A DNA stretch of 56,454 nt from a virus (taxonomy: Duplodnaviria; Caudoviricetes): positions 1-56,454 of IMG/VR virus record IMGVR_UViG_3300020477_000030; one strand, given 5' to 3'. The translations under genes and the position numbers were made by a program. How positions within the stretch are numbered: position 1 is the first letter of the stretch; each line of letters starts with the position of its first letter. This document shows positions 17,390-27,191 of this stretch, in pieces. The notes under the pieces are model-generated. The model worked only from the letters and a program-made list of their open reading frames with translations, was not told the origin of the DNA and searched no databases.

Positions 17390-19913
17390 ACAAAATCCCT
17401 TTGAACAAATAAATCCTATGCAGGATAATGTTGTTCCTATGCCTAATGTAGATGAGGCTAAAGCTACCTTTGAACTTGATGATGATGGTGGAGTATTGGT
17501 AGACTTTACTGAAGAAACTACTATTGAAATGGGTGCAGAAGAATCTGTAGGAGAATGGTATCGTAATTTACGAGATGATCTAGAAGAAGACGAACTTCAG
17601 GATATTGGTCGAACTCTTTATGATAATTACGAATCTGATAAGTCTTCTCGTAATGAATGGGAGTCTATGTTTGAACGTGGCTTTGATTTACTTGGACTCA
17701 AGATAGAAGAAACATCTGAACCTTTTGAAGGAGCTTGTACAGCAGTACATCCTCTATTAATTGAATCAGCAGTCAAGTTTCAATCAAAAGCATCACAAGA
17801 GTTGTTTCCTCCTAATGGTCCTGTCAAGGCACAGATACTAGGTAAGCATACTCTTGAAAAAGAAAATCAAGCCATGAGAGTTCAGAACTTTATGAACTAT
17901 CAGCTTACAGAACAGATGCCAGAATACTTTGATGAATTTGAAAGGATGCTCTTTCATCTACCTCTGATAGGTTCCTCATTTAAGAAAATATATTATGATG
18001 CTTCTTTTAAACGCCCTATCTCAGAATTTATTCCTATTGATCAGTTTTATGTTTCTTATAATGCATCTAATCTAAGGAACGCTGATCGTTATACACATGT
18101 AATTTACAAAAGTCCTGTTGATCTTTATCGAGAAATAAAAGCAGAGATGTATTCAGACATTGATCTTCCTGAAGCAGGTATGGTTAATCCTACATCCTTC
18201 TCGGAAAAGATGGATACGATTATAGGACTGTCTCCATCTAGTGATTCTGATCCTCAATATGTTTTATTAGAACAGCATTGTTATCTAGATATAGCTGATC
18301 CTCAATCAGAAGATGGAGAATCTCTTCCTTATATTGTAACAATAGAAGAACAATCTAAACAGGTACTTAGTATTCGACGTAATTATGCCAAGGATGATCC
18401 CACAAAACAAAAGAAAGTACACTTTGTACACTATCGTTTTGTTCCAGGATTTGGTTTCTATGGTTTAGGACTCATGCACTTTCTTGGTAATCTGACTATG
18501 AGTGCGACTGCTGCAATGCGAGCATTGATAGATGCAGGTCAATTTGCGAATCTCCCAGGTGGCTTTAAGGCTAAAGGTGTGCGAATGGTAGGCAATAACG
18601 AGCCTATAGCTCCAGGAGAGTTCAAGGAGGTTGAAGCAACAGGTATTGATTTGAACAAGGCTATTATATCTCTCCCTTACAAAGAGCCTTCCTCGACGCT
18701 CTACCAAATGCTTCAGTTTGTAACTGCTGCTGGACAGAAGTTTGCAGACAGCACTGAACAGATTGTTTCAGATGCTGCCTCCTATGGACCTGTGGGAACT
18801 ACAATGGCATTACTAGAAGCCTCAAGTAAATTCTTTACAGCTATACATAAACGACTTCATAAGTCTCAAAGAGATGAATTTAAAATTCTTGCCAGCATAG
18901 ATAAAGATTATCTACCACAAGAATATCCTTATGAGGTTCCTCTGGCAGAGCGTAGTATCTTTCAATCAGACTTTGATGGTAAAGTTGATGTAATTCCTGT
19001 CAGTGACCCTAATATTCCTTCTAATGCTCATCGTATGATGCTGGCTAATATGGCATTACAAATGGCACAACAGTCTCCTCCAGGAATGTTTAATACAGAA
19101 GCTCTAAATAGAACGATCTTGAGTGCAGCTAATATGCCTAATCTAGATGAGATACTACCACCAAAACCAGAACCAAAACCTCTTGATCCTGTATCTGATA
19201 TTATGGCAGCAGTTAAGGGTATTCCAATTGCTGCTTTCCCAGGACAAAATCACGATGCTCATATTCAAGTAAAGATGGCATATCTACAAGACCCAATGAA
19301 TGGAGCTAATCCGATTATGCAAAGAGTACAGCCTGTTCTTCAAGCCAATATACAAGAGCATTCTGTTATGAAATATCAAGAACAGGTAAATGGTATCGCA
19401 CAAAAAGAACTTGGAACTGTTGCTCCAGAGTCTGCTCAGAAACCTCAAGTTATAGAACTAGCTCTAATGGAAGCAGCTAAACAAGTACAAAATGCAAACC
19501 AAGCAATGGGTATAGCACAATCTCCAGAACAACAAATGGTTTCTCTTGAACAAGCCAAGGTTGAACTAGAGAAGCAAAAGATGCAAATGGACCTTGCTGT
19601 TAATAATGCAGAAGTTGCTCTAGAAAATAAAAAGCTTGATCTTGAAGAAAATAAACAAATGATGGAAGCTACTAAAGCTGGAATTACTACAGCAATGAAA
19701 GATGAAAAAGCTGAAGCTGATAGAGCCAGTAAAGAAACCATCAAAGCTATTGAAATGTTAACTAAAATTTTAACAGCACAGATGAAAGAAGAAGGAGAAG
19801 ATAAACGATCAGTAATAGATTTAGTTAGAGATCAAGCTGATCAAAAAAATAAAACTGATATGAAAGCAGTAGATATGATTTTAAATTTAATAAAGGAGAC
19901 AACTAATGCCTAA
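17379..19913 (+). CDS. portal protein (P22-like, long C-terminal coiled coil)
   Basis: 844 aa downstream of TerL; HPLLIESAVKFQ, FVHYRFVPGFGFYGLG, PVGTTMALLE; Gln-rich barrel-like tail. Confidence 0.9.
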   Translation: MAVEQNPFEQINPMQDNVVPMPNVDEAKATFELDDDGGVLVDFTEETTIEMGAEESVGEWYRNLRDDLEEDELQDIGRTLYDNYESDKSSRNEWESMFERGFDLLGLKIEETSEPFEGACTAVHPLLIESAVKFQSKASQELFPPNGPVKAQILGKHTLEKENQAMRVQNFMNYQLTEQMPEYFDEFERMLFHLPLIGSSFKKIYYDASFKRPISEFIPIDQFYVSYNASNLRNADRYTHVIYKSPVDLYREIKAEMYSDIDLPEAGMVNPTSFSEKMDTIIGLSPSSDSDPQYVLLEQHCYLDIADPQSEDGESLPYIVTIEEQSKQVLSIRRNYAKDDPTKQKKVHFVHYRFVPGFGFYGLGLMHFLGNLTMSATAAMRALIDAGQFANLPGGFKAKGVRMVGNNEPIAPGEFKEVEATGIDLNKAIISLPYKEPSSTLYQMLQFVTAAGQKFADSTEQIVSDAASYGPVGTTMALLEASSKFFTAIHKRLHKSQRDEFKILASIDKDYLPQEYPYEVPLAERSIFQSDFDGKVDVIPVSDPNIPSNAHRMMLANMALQMAQQSPPGMFNTEALNRTILSAANMPNLDEILPPKPEPKPLDPVSDIMAAVKGIPIAAFPGQNHDAHIQVKMAYLQDPMNGANPIMQRVQPVLQANIQEHSVMKYQEQVNGIAQKELGTVAPESAQKPQVIELALMEAAKQVQNANQAMGIAQSPEQQMVSLEQAKVELEKQKMQMDLAVNNAEVALENKKLDLEENKQMMEATKAGITTAMKDEKAEADRASKETIKAIEMLTKILTAQMKEEGEDKRSVIDLVRDQADQKNKTDMKAVDMILNLIKETTNA

Positions 19914-20112
19914 TTATGCAAAGATGCATTATCCCAATGATGCGAAAGGAATCACCGATGGGAAGCCTACTCATGTAGTAGATCGAAATAAATCTTATGG
20001 TGATTTTGGAAAAGATAATGTAGTTGGAGAACGTGCCAAGCGTTCTAACTTAGATAATTTTGATCCAAAATATTGGGAAATGCCTAAACCAAGTAAGCTT
20101 AAATATTCTTAA
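19906..20112 (+). CDS. hypothetical protein
   Basis: AAGGAG RBS; overlaps the portal stop. Confidence 0.65.
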   Translation: MPNYAKMHYPNDAKGITDGKPTHVVDRNKSYGDFGKDNVVGERAKRSNLDNFDPKYWEMPKPSKLKYS

Positions 20113-20303
20113 TGGACATATTTGAAACTATAGCTCAAGTATACCAAGAAGAAATTGAAAATCAAAAGATTAGTCTAGCTCAAGGTAATCCTACAGATTA
20201 TCCTGCATATAAACAAGTAGTAGGCTATATAGCAGGAGTTGAGTGGGCTAGACAAAACCTAAGAGATATTGTACAGAAACAACTTTATATAGAAGAGGAG
20301 TGA
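20112..20303 (+). CDS. hypothetical protein preceding GroES
   Basis: TAATG coupling; DYPAYKQVVGYIAG. Confidence 0.7.
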   Translation: MDIFETIAQVYQEEIENQKISLAQGNPTDYPAYKQVVGYIAGVEWARQNLRDIVQKQLYIEEE

Positions 20304-20304
20304 G

Positions 20305-20733
20305 ATGCAACAGGCACATTTAGGAAATGCAGTAAAAAATAATCTTTGGACTACAGATGAAGATGAACATCCTGATCCAGATATATTACCAGAACTTCCA
20401 GGATTTCATGTTCTTGTAAGACCTATATCAATTAAGACAAAAACCAAAGGAGGTATTATTCTACCTGATTCTACAAAGGATGATATGGCATATCTAACCA
20501 CAGTCGGGCGTGTACTAGCTCTTGGAGATATGGCATATAAAGACCAAGATAAGTTTCCATTTGGTCCTTGGTGTGAAGAAGGTGATTATATCTGTTATGG
20601 TAAGCATACAGGTACAAAGTTATTTTATAAAAGCGTCAGGCTAATTTTAATGTTTGATGATCAAGTCATGATGAAGGTAGAGAATCCTGCATATCTCGAT
20701 CCTACATTTAATTTAACTAGTTTTTCAATGTGA
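20305..20733 (+). CDS. groES: co-chaperonin GroES (Cpn10)-like
   Basis: PGFHVLVRP, KTKGGIILPD mobile loop, GRVLALG, GDYICYGKHTG. Confidence 0.9.
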   Translation: MQQAHLGNAVKNNLWTTDEDEHPDPDILPELPGFHVLVRPISIKTKTKGGIILPDSTKDDMAYLTTVGRVLALGDMAYKDQDKFPFGPWCEEGDYICYGKHTGTKLFYKSVRLILMFDDQVMMKVENPAYLDPTFNLTSFSM

Positions 20734-20734
20734 C

Positions 20735-20763
20735 TTGAAATTTACCAAAAAATATGGTATAAT
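20735..20763 (+). promoter_or_regulatory. sigma70-type promoter for the scaffold/capsid operon
   Basis: TTGAAA-17 nt-TATAAT with extended TG. Confidence 0.75.
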
Positions 20764-20809
20764 AGTATATAACGTAAACACGATTGTTTCGTAAACAACG
20801 GAGAGAAAA

Positions 20810-21745
20810 ATGAACGACGATGAAACCTGGGAAGAAGTAGAAGTCCCTGAACAAGAAGTAAATTATGAAATAGAAGAGGAAGAGGCTCCTCAAGAAGCTG
20901 CTCCTCCTCAAGAAGAAGATAAACCTGAAGAACTAGAAGGTATTAAAACTAAAGGAGCAGAGAAAAGAATTAGGCAATTAGTTCGTCAACGTAAAGAACG
21001 TGATGAACAGATTTCTAAATTAATTGCTCAAAATGAATCATTAGTAAATAATTTACAACAGAGAGAAAATTCTTTTAATGAAGTAAGTAAACTAAATCTA
21101 GATGCTTCTGAAAAACAATTAACAGATAAAGTTACACTGGCACGTAATGCCTATATGGAAGCATTTGAAAGTGGTGAAAAAGAAAAGCTTCTGCAAGCAC
21201 AAGAAATGCTTAATGAAGCGCAAGTAGATTTAAAACATTTAAATCTTACAAAAGCACAAATGGAAGAAGTTGCTGAACAACCTGAACCAGTTCATCAGCC
21301 AACACAACAAAAGGCTGTTCAGCCTACACCTGATCCTAGAGCAGAAGAGTGGGCTACACAAAATGAATGGTTTGGTAAAGATAAAATTTTAACTGTTTCA
21401 GCTTTAACAATAGATCAAGAACTTAAATCGGAAGGATATGATCCAGATGATGATGAATTTTATCATGAAGTTGATCGGCGGCTTGCAGAAGCTTTTCCAC
21501 ATAAGTTTAAAGCCAGTGAAGTGGCTGTGGAATCAGATCAAAACCGTATGCAGGAAAATACGTCAACTCCTGCTCAAGTGGTGGGAAGCAGTTCGCGCTC
21601 TGCTCCCAATTCCTCGAAATCCAAAGTAAAGCTAACTCCAGAAGATGTTAGGCTTGCTAATAAATGGAATATACCCCTTGAAACTTATGCTGCTCAGAAA
21701 CTAAAAGTTGCTGAAGCAGACGGCGAATATACGCAAATTACTTAG
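20810..21745 (+). CDS. capsid scaffolding protein
   Basis: Acidic N-terminus, coiled coil, W...NEWFG motif, located upstream of the capsid genes. Confidence 0.75.
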   Translation: MNDDETWEEVEVPEQEVNYEIEEEEAPQEAAPPQEEDKPEELEGIKTKGAEKRIRQLVRQRKERDEQISKLIAQNESLVNNLQQRENSFNEVSKLNLDASEKQLTDKVTLARNAYMEAFESGEKEKLLQAQEMLNEAQVDLKHLNLTKAQMEEVAEQPEPVHQPTQQKAVQPTPDPRAEEWATQNEWFGKDKILTVSALTIDQELKSEGYDPDDDEFYHEVDRRLAEAFPHKFKASEVAVESDQNRMQENTSTPAQVVGSSSRSAPNSSKSKVKLTPEDVRLANKWNIPLETYAAQKLKVAEADGEYTQIT

Positions 21746-21760
21746 TGCGGAGGACATGAA

Positions 21761-22258
21761 ATGACACGCGAACAATCACGTATTGATACTCTAAGAGAAA
21801 CAAAGACCAGAGAAGAAGAGTTTGTTTTTGAGGAACCTGATGCTTTGTCTATACCTGATGCGGTACAGCAAAGATTTCAAAATGAAGGATTATCCCTTCG
21901 ATGGATTAGGATTTCTCTGCGAGGGCAAGAAGACATTATGAATGTTGGAAAGCGAGAGCAAGAAGGATGGACTTTTGTTGAACCTGGAGAAGTTCCTGAA
22001 ATGGCATCAACATCCTACGTGAGGGATGAAGGCAGATACTTGGGTACAGTCTGTCGTGGAGACGTAGCTTTGGCAAAAAAGCCAACTAACCAAGTAGAAG
22101 CACGACAAGCATTTTATCAAAAGAAAGCAAATGATATGATGGATGCTGTAAATGCACAGCTTTACAATAATTCAGATGCTCGACTTAGAAATATGCCTGT
22201 TTCTAATAGTAGTAAATCAACCACTATGAGAGGACGCACTCCAAATTTTCAGGACTAA
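21761..22258 (+). CDS. head-module hypothetical protein
   Basis: GGAGG RBS; LRWIR...EGWTFV; between scaffold and capsid. Confidence 0.7.
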   Translation: MTREQSRIDTLRETKTREEEFVFEEPDALSIPDAVQQRFQNEGLSLRWIRISLRGQEDIMNVGKREQEGWTFVEPGEVPEMASTSYVRDEGRYLGTVCRGDVALAKKPTNQVEARQAFYQKKANDMMDAVNAQLYNNSDARLRNMPVSNSSKSTTMRGRTPNFQD

Positions 22259-22287
22259 ATCCTCTCTACAATTAGGAGGAACTAGAA

Positions 22288-22890
22288 ATGAGTACAACTA
22301 AAGCATTTCGTGGGTTCATTCCTGTCCGAAAAAAAGGTAGTAACTATAACTCTGAAGGTGTAGACGTACTGCCAATTACTTCTGGTGGTCTATGTAGTAA
22401 TAATCTTTTCACTGGTGATCTGGTTGTTATGCCAGGTGCCAATCTTGCTACGATTCAACCTCATATTGCAACTACTCTCAAGCCGTCTGGTGTGTTTGCT
22501 GGTTGTCAATATGTAGAAGATGGCGAACAAAAGTTTCGTCGGCATTGGACAGGAGGTACTAGCGTAACGGATTTGAAATTCCACGTTATCACTGATCCTG
22601 ATCAGATTTATTACATTCAATGTTCTCTCTCGCTTTCTGTTGGAGAACTTAATGTAGTAAAGAATTATGCTGTTACTGTTAGCTCGACTGCAAGTTCGGG
22701 AGATACGACTACTGGTCAGTCCAGTTATTATCTCTTGGCTGCTTCTGGCGCAGAAACTGAACTAGCTGCGCGAGTTGTTAAGCGTGCAGAACTTCCTGAT
22801 GAGAAGGATAGCGATGCTTTCCCGATTGTGGAAGTTTGGCTAAACACTCACCGAGATCGGTACGTTACTGCTACCGCATCCACAGCTTAA
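22288..22890 (+). CDS. probable capsid decoration/minor capsid protein
   Basis: AGGAGG RBS; beta-rich, directly upstream of the MCP. Confidence 0.65.
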   Translation: MSTTKAFRGFIPVRKKGSNYNSEGVDVLPITSGGLCSNNLFTGDLVVMPGANLATIQPHIATTLKPSGVFAGCQYVEDGEQKFRRHWTGGTSVTDLKFHVITDPDQIYYIQCSLSLSVGELNVVKNYAVTVSSTASSGDTTTGQSSYYLLAASGAETELAARVVKRAELPDEKDSDAFPIVEVWLNTHRDRYVTATASTA

Positions 22891-22905
22891 TAAGGAAGGT
22901 GTATC

Positions 22906-23826
22906 ATGGCTATAAATCGTTCAAGTATTGCTAAAGAACTCCTTCCTGGCCTTAATGCTGTTTTCGGTCTAGAGTATGGTGATGTTAATAATGAGCATGA
23001 AGCTCTTTATGAAACGGAAAACTCTGATCGGGCATTTGAGGAAGAAGTTCTATTTACAGGTTTTGGTACTGCCCCAACCAAAGGTGAGGGTGCTGCTGTA
23101 ACCTATGATGACGCGCAGGAAAGTTACACTGCACGTTATACGATGGAAACCGTCGCTCTGGCCTTTGCCGTTACGGAAGAGGCTATGGAAGACAATCTGT
23201 ATGACACGTTTGCGAAGCTACGTGCCAAGGGTCTTGCAAGGGCAATGGCAAATACGAAGCAAGTCAAAGCTGCTAATCTATTCAATAATGGTTTCTCTGA
23301 TACCATTGGCGATGGCGTAGCATTCTTTGCTTCGACACACCCAACGATCAGTGCAGGTAATCAGTCTAACTTGATTGCTGCTTCTGATCTTTCAGAGTCT
23401 ACTCTGGAAACTGCTCTAACGAATGTACAAAAAATTGAAGATGATCGTGGTATCTTGATTGGTGCCAGTTCTGTATCTCTTCATATTCCTGTAGATTCAT
23501 GGGCAATTGCGGATCGTGTTCTGAACAGCCCTGGAACTACTCAGGTTAGTGCTGCTCAGAAAGACCCGAATACAAACGCTATCAATGCAACGCGCCATAT
23601 GGGTATGTTGCCTGATGGATTCTATGTCAACCGTCGATTTACCGATACGACTTCTTGGTTCATTAAAACGGATGTTCCGAATGGCACCAAGATGTTTGTT
23701 AGGACTCCTCTTCAAACGAAGATGGAGCCTGATTTCGATACTGGTAATCTTCGTTTCAAGGCGCGTGAGCGTTATGCTTTCGGTGTCTCTGATTGGCGTG
23801 GATGGTTCGGTTCACAAGGATCGTAA
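22906..23826 (+). CDS. major capsid protein
   Basis: MAINRSSIAKELLPGLNAVFGLEY, SDRAFEE, EEAMEDNLY, DFDTGNLRFKARERY; size and position fit. Confidence 0.92.
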   Translation: MAINRSSIAKELLPGLNAVFGLEYGDVNNEHEALYETENSDRAFEEEVLFTGFGTAPTKGEGAAVTYDDAQESYTARYTMETVALAFAVTEEAMEDNLYDTFAKLRAKGLARAMANTKQVKAANLFNNGFSDTIGDGVAFFASTHPTISAGNQSNLIAASDLSESTLETALTNVQKIEDDRGILIGASSVSLHIPVDSWAIADRVLNSPGTTQVSAAQKDPNTNAINATRHMGMLPDGFYVNRRFTDTTSWFIKTDVPNGTKMFVRTPLQTKMEPDFDTGNLRFKARERYAFGVSDWRGWFGSQGS

Positions 23827-23836
23827 TTATAATTGA

Positions 23837-24031
23837 TAAAGTCAGGGAGGATTATGGTATTCGTGTGAAATATCATTATAAACTCCTTTTTAAAATATTG
23901 CTGAGGGAACTGATACCTCGGCTGTTAAGACGGGATGATTTTGCTCCCGACTATGTAAATGCACTTCTTTGTGAGCATCGTTTCCGATGATCATTAGATA
24001 CCGTGGAGAAATACAGTTCTCCCTGACTTTA
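23837..24031 (+). ncRNA. candidate structured RNA/cis-regulatory element
   Basis: 13-bp perfect closing inverted repeat (taaagtcagggag / ctccctgacttta) enclosing at least four local hairpins; no credible ORF. Confidence 0.6.
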
Positions 24032-24046
24032 CTTTAGGAGATAAAT

Positions 24047-24313
24047 ATGGCAAATAATTATAATTCACTTTTTCAGGCAGGTGCAGGAGTTATTTCTACA
24101 GCAGCTAAAACTCGCATTATTGCGGTCCATGCTCATAGTACAGTAGCAGGTTCCTTTGATATCAAGGGAGCAACATCAGGAGTTTTAAAATTCTTTGTAG
24201 CAGCCAATGAAAGTGCAGATATTTATATTGGAGATATGGGAGTTCCAATGGTAGGAAGTGTAAGTGTTTCGGTTCCTGCTGATGGGGCTGCTTTAACATT
24301 GATAGTAGGCTAA
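24047..24313 (+). CDS. small virion structural protein
   Basis: AGGAG RBS; beta-rich, follows the MCP. Confidence 0.65.
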   Translation: MANNYNSLFQAGAGVISTAAKTRIIAVHAHSTVAGSFDIKGATSGVLKFFVAANESADIYIGDMGVPMVGSVSVSVPADGAALTLIVG

Positions 24314-24317
24314 TAAA

Positions 24318-24998
24318 ATGCCTAACTTTTCGTTTTTAAAAAATGATTTGATTAATACAACTGAGAATGACTCAACTGAGTTTTCAGATCAAATACCTTT
24401 TTTTGTAGAAAAAGTAGAGAACAGACTTGCAAATGATCTAGACGATTTTGGTCTAGATTTTTTTGCTACTGTATCTTGTTCAATAGGAAATCCTATTGTA
24501 TCTCTTCCTGTTGATACAAAAATTGTAAGAAATGTAAATGTAATATCAAGTGCATCATCTACAAGAACTAATCTATTACCTAGAACTTATGAGTATGCAA
24601 TAGATTATTGGCCTCATGCAAGCGCATCCGTAGGCGATCCTAGATATTATTCACGTAAAACAAACACAGAGATTTATATTGTACCCACTCCTGCATCAGC
24701 AGTCGATATAGAAGTACAATTTGTTCGTAAACCTTTAGGTTTAGCTTCTGCAACTGGAACCAGTGTAACAACTTCTAATTATTTTAGTGAGTTCTGTTAT
24801 AATGCTTTATTCTATGGTTGTATGATCGAAGCTACCATGTATATGAAAAGTTGGAATGATCTTCAGATATGGGAAGGTCAATACCAAAACGCAATTAATC
24901 AACTTAGAAACCAGGCTCGTCGGACCCGACAAGATGACATGGCACAAGCAGCAAGTCCTGCTGGTGGTCCTGATACTGTTATTATGGGTTCAACTTAA
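24318..24998 (+). CDS. probable head-tail adaptor protein
   Basis: GDPRYY, IYIVPTP, ALFYGCMIEA pattern; position. Confidence 0.65.
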   Translation: MPNFSFLKNDLINTTENDSTEFSDQIPFFVEKVENRLANDLDDFGLDFFATVSCSIGNPIVSLPVDTKIVRNVNVISSASSTRTNLLPRTYEYAIDYWPHASASVGDPRYYSRKTNTEIYIVPTPASAVDIEVQFVRKPLGLASATGTSVTTSNYFSEFCYNALFYGCMIEATMYMKSWNDLQIWEGQYQNAINQLRNQARRTRQDDMAQAASPAGGPDTVIMGST

Positions 24999-25201
24999 TG
25001 GCTATTGGTAGAAGTAAAGTTTCAAAACAAGTATCTAAACCTAAACTAGGTTCAGGTAAAAGATTTAAAAGTTTAACAAAAAAGTTAAAAAAGAAGGGAG
25101 CTAAGAATCCCAAAGCTCTTGCAGCCTATATAGGACGAAAAAAATATGGGAAGAAAAAGTTTCAAAAATTAGCATCTAAAGGAAAAAGGAGAAAGTCATG
25201 A
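24998..25201 (+). CDS. small highly basic protein
   Basis: LGSGKRFKSL...PKALAAYIGRKKYG; TAATG coupling. Confidence 0.7.
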   Translation: MAIGRSKVSKQVSKPKLGSGKRFKSLTKKLKKKGAKNPKALAAYIGRKKYGKKKFQKLASKGKRRKS

Positions 25202-25362
25202 AAGATTTTGTATCAGGTGCAGCAGCACGAAAGCTTCCCAATCTTGATCCAGATTTGAATGAGATCGTAGGTCGTCCTACAGGTCAGGGATTTGGTGCAG
25301 CTAGGAAAGGACCGAGTGTCGTAGCTTCTTCTGACAAAGACCTCATGAAAGAGGAGGACTAG
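25198..25362 (+). CDS. hypothetical protein, 54 aa (not in ORF track)
   Basis: ATGA coupling, AGGAG RBS; MKDFVSGAAARKLPNLDPDLNEIVGRPTGQGFGAARKG...EED. Confidence 0.7.
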   Translation: MKDFVSGAAARKLPNLDPDLNEIVGRPTGQGFGAARKGPSVVASSDKDLMKEED

Positions 25363-25364
25363 TC

Positions 25365-26330
25365 ATGGCTGAACCTAAAAGTATTTCCCAAGCCCGTAAA
25401 ATGGGTAAAAGCTATTTTATAGGAAAAGACGGGAAACGAAAAGCTGCGGTTACAAAAGAAGAACTTGATGAGTCAAGATTATCTTTGCGTGATTATTTAA
25501 ATAAACAACGTAAAGCAAGGAGGACAGGTGCTGATCTTAGTGCGTCTAAACCTACAGCAAAGAGTGAAGGTAAAAAAGAACCTTCACCTACTCTTAAATC
25601 TAAATCTAAAAAGTATGTAGGTTCAAGTCAACGTCCTGATAATCGTCCTGTTAAATCTACTCCTAAATCTAAATATAGACCAAGAGGATCATCTGCTCCA
25701 CTAGGAGGAAAAGCTGATCCATATAAATATGTAGGTACAGGCCCAAGAGGACAAAAAGGTCAAGCTCCTGTTCCTACAACGGAAGAAAAAATAGCAATGG
25801 GTGGGCTTCTTATTGGTAATTTAGGCGGTCCAGGAGCAAAGGTTGCTATTAAAGCAGCTACAACATATGGAAAACCTTTTATAAATCAGCTAATAAGAAA
25901 AATTAAAGATTTATCTAATAAAGAACAAGAAGATATATTAAAGTCAGTTTCTCGAAGTAAGCTATCTAAAAAAGAAGTTACTGAAGCTATCAAAAATGCT
26001 GAGTCTCCACATAATATACTAGCAGAGGTAGCTCGACAAAAATCAGCAATATCTGTACAACGCGCCTCAGGAGAACCTCTTTTTAAAAGTACTGTAAGAC
26101 AAAAAAACCAAGCAGCTCGTAATAGAAAGAGGCGTCAAGAAACTAAAAGAAAAAAAGAATTAGAAAAAATGAATGAACAAGCAGCAGGTTCTACAAGGAT
26201 TCCTGGTGCTAAATTACGTAAAAAAGGCGGTCCTATTAAAAAATATAATGAGGGTGGTAAAGTTGTAAACCGTAAAGGCGGTGGACAGGTTATGTCAGGT
26301 TCTGATCTTGTTTCATCATTGTATGATTAA
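25365..26330 (+). CDS. basic putative internal head protein with GG motifs and SLYD tail
   Basis: GGAGG RBS; ends RKKGGPIKKYNEGGKVVNRKGGGQVMSGSDLVSSLYD. Confidence 0.75.
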   Translation: MAEPKSISQARKMGKSYFIGKDGKRKAAVTKEELDESRLSLRDYLNKQRKARRTGADLSASKPTAKSEGKKEPSPTLKSKSKKYVGSSQRPDNRPVKSTPKSKYRPRGSSAPLGGKADPYKYVGTGPRGQKGQAPVPTTEEKIAMGGLLIGNLGGPGAKVAIKAATTYGKPFINQLIRKIKDLSNKEQEDILKSVSRSKLSKKEVTEAIKNAESPHNILAEVARQKSAISVQRASGEPLFKSTVRQKNQAARNRKRRQETKRKKELEKMNEQAAGSTRIPGAKLRKKGGPIKKYNEGGKVVNRKGGGQVMSGSDLVSSLYD

Positions 26331-26341
26331 GGAAAAGTTAT

Positions 26342-26536
26342 ATGGCTATTTATTCTAAAGGTTTACAACGTCCTCAAAGAAAACCAGCAAAAGAAAGGCG
26401 TCAACGACAAATATCGTTTAAAAAACCTAGAATACGTAAAGGTAAACGTCCTCGTCCTTTTTCTGTTAAAAAGGGAGGACAGATAATAAATAAAAAAATG
26501 GGTGGAACTTTTTTTGTTGCATCTTTATATGATTAA
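26342..26536 (+). CDS. small basic protein with GG motifs and SLYD tail
   Basis: Ends VKKGGQIINKKMGGTFFVASLYD. Confidence 0.7.
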   Translation: MAIYSKGLQRPQRKPAKERRQRQISFKKPRIRKGKRPRPFSVKKGGQIINKKMGGTFFVASLYD

Positions 26537-26547
26537 GGAGAATTAAA

Positions 26548-27180
26548 ATGCCAGGACCAGCAGCTATACCTATTATTATGGCAGGAATATCAGCAGCAAG
26601 ATTAGTTGGACCTAAACTAGCTGAGTCTTTAATAAGTAGAGGACTAGCTAAAAAAGCAACAGGAGAAGCTGCAAAATTAGCTAAAAATAAAGTTCGATCA
26701 GGTACTACAAAAGAAATTAATCAAGTTAAAGACTTACCTGCTACTGTTCAAAATAAAATGCAATTTGGAATAAAAAAAGCACAACAAAAACCAAAATCAT
26801 CTTCATCTAAAATATCACAAGAATCTAGTACTGCTGCTCAAAATAGAGCAAGATTAAAACAAATGCAAGAACGAGAAGCACAACAAGAAGCAGCTAAACA
26901 AGCAGCTAAAAAATTAAAACCTAAAAGTGAAAGACAACGTGATCCACATATATCCTTAAAAGAAATAAGAAAAAGGAAGTTACTAGGTAATCGTTCATAT
27001 GAAAATTATTTAAATAAAGCTTTGAATAAAGAAAAAAATCAAGCTAGAGTTACTGAAAGTCCTACAACTCCACGTTCACAAAAAGATATGCGTCTTCCTC
27101 GTAAAGGTGAAACTATGAAACGTAAAGGTGGAGGTACGATAGGATCAGGTAATGATCTTGTTGCATCTCTGTACGATTAA
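26548..27180 (+). CDS. basic protein with GG motif and SLYD tail
   Basis: Ends MKRKGGGTIGSGNDLVASLYD. Confidence 0.75.
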   Translation: MPGPAAIPIIMAGISAARLVGPKLAESLISRGLAKKATGEAAKLAKNKVRSGTTKEINQVKDLPATVQNKMQFGIKKAQQKPKSSSSKISQESSTAAQNRARLKQMQEREAQQEAAKQAAKKLKPKSERQRDPHISLKEIRKRKLLGNRSYENYLNKALNKEKNQARVTESPTTPRSQKDMRLPRKGETMKRKGGGTIGSGNDLVASLYD

Positions 27181-27191
27181 GGAGAAGTTAT

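Noticed and set aside
23793-23990. 65-aa ORF over the post-capsid region
   Set aside because: Starts inside the MCP without an RBS; the region is better explained by RNA structure
23960-24015. Hammerhead-like words (ccgatga...gaaa)
   Set aside because: Core CUGAUGA is imperfect and the required stems cannot be formed
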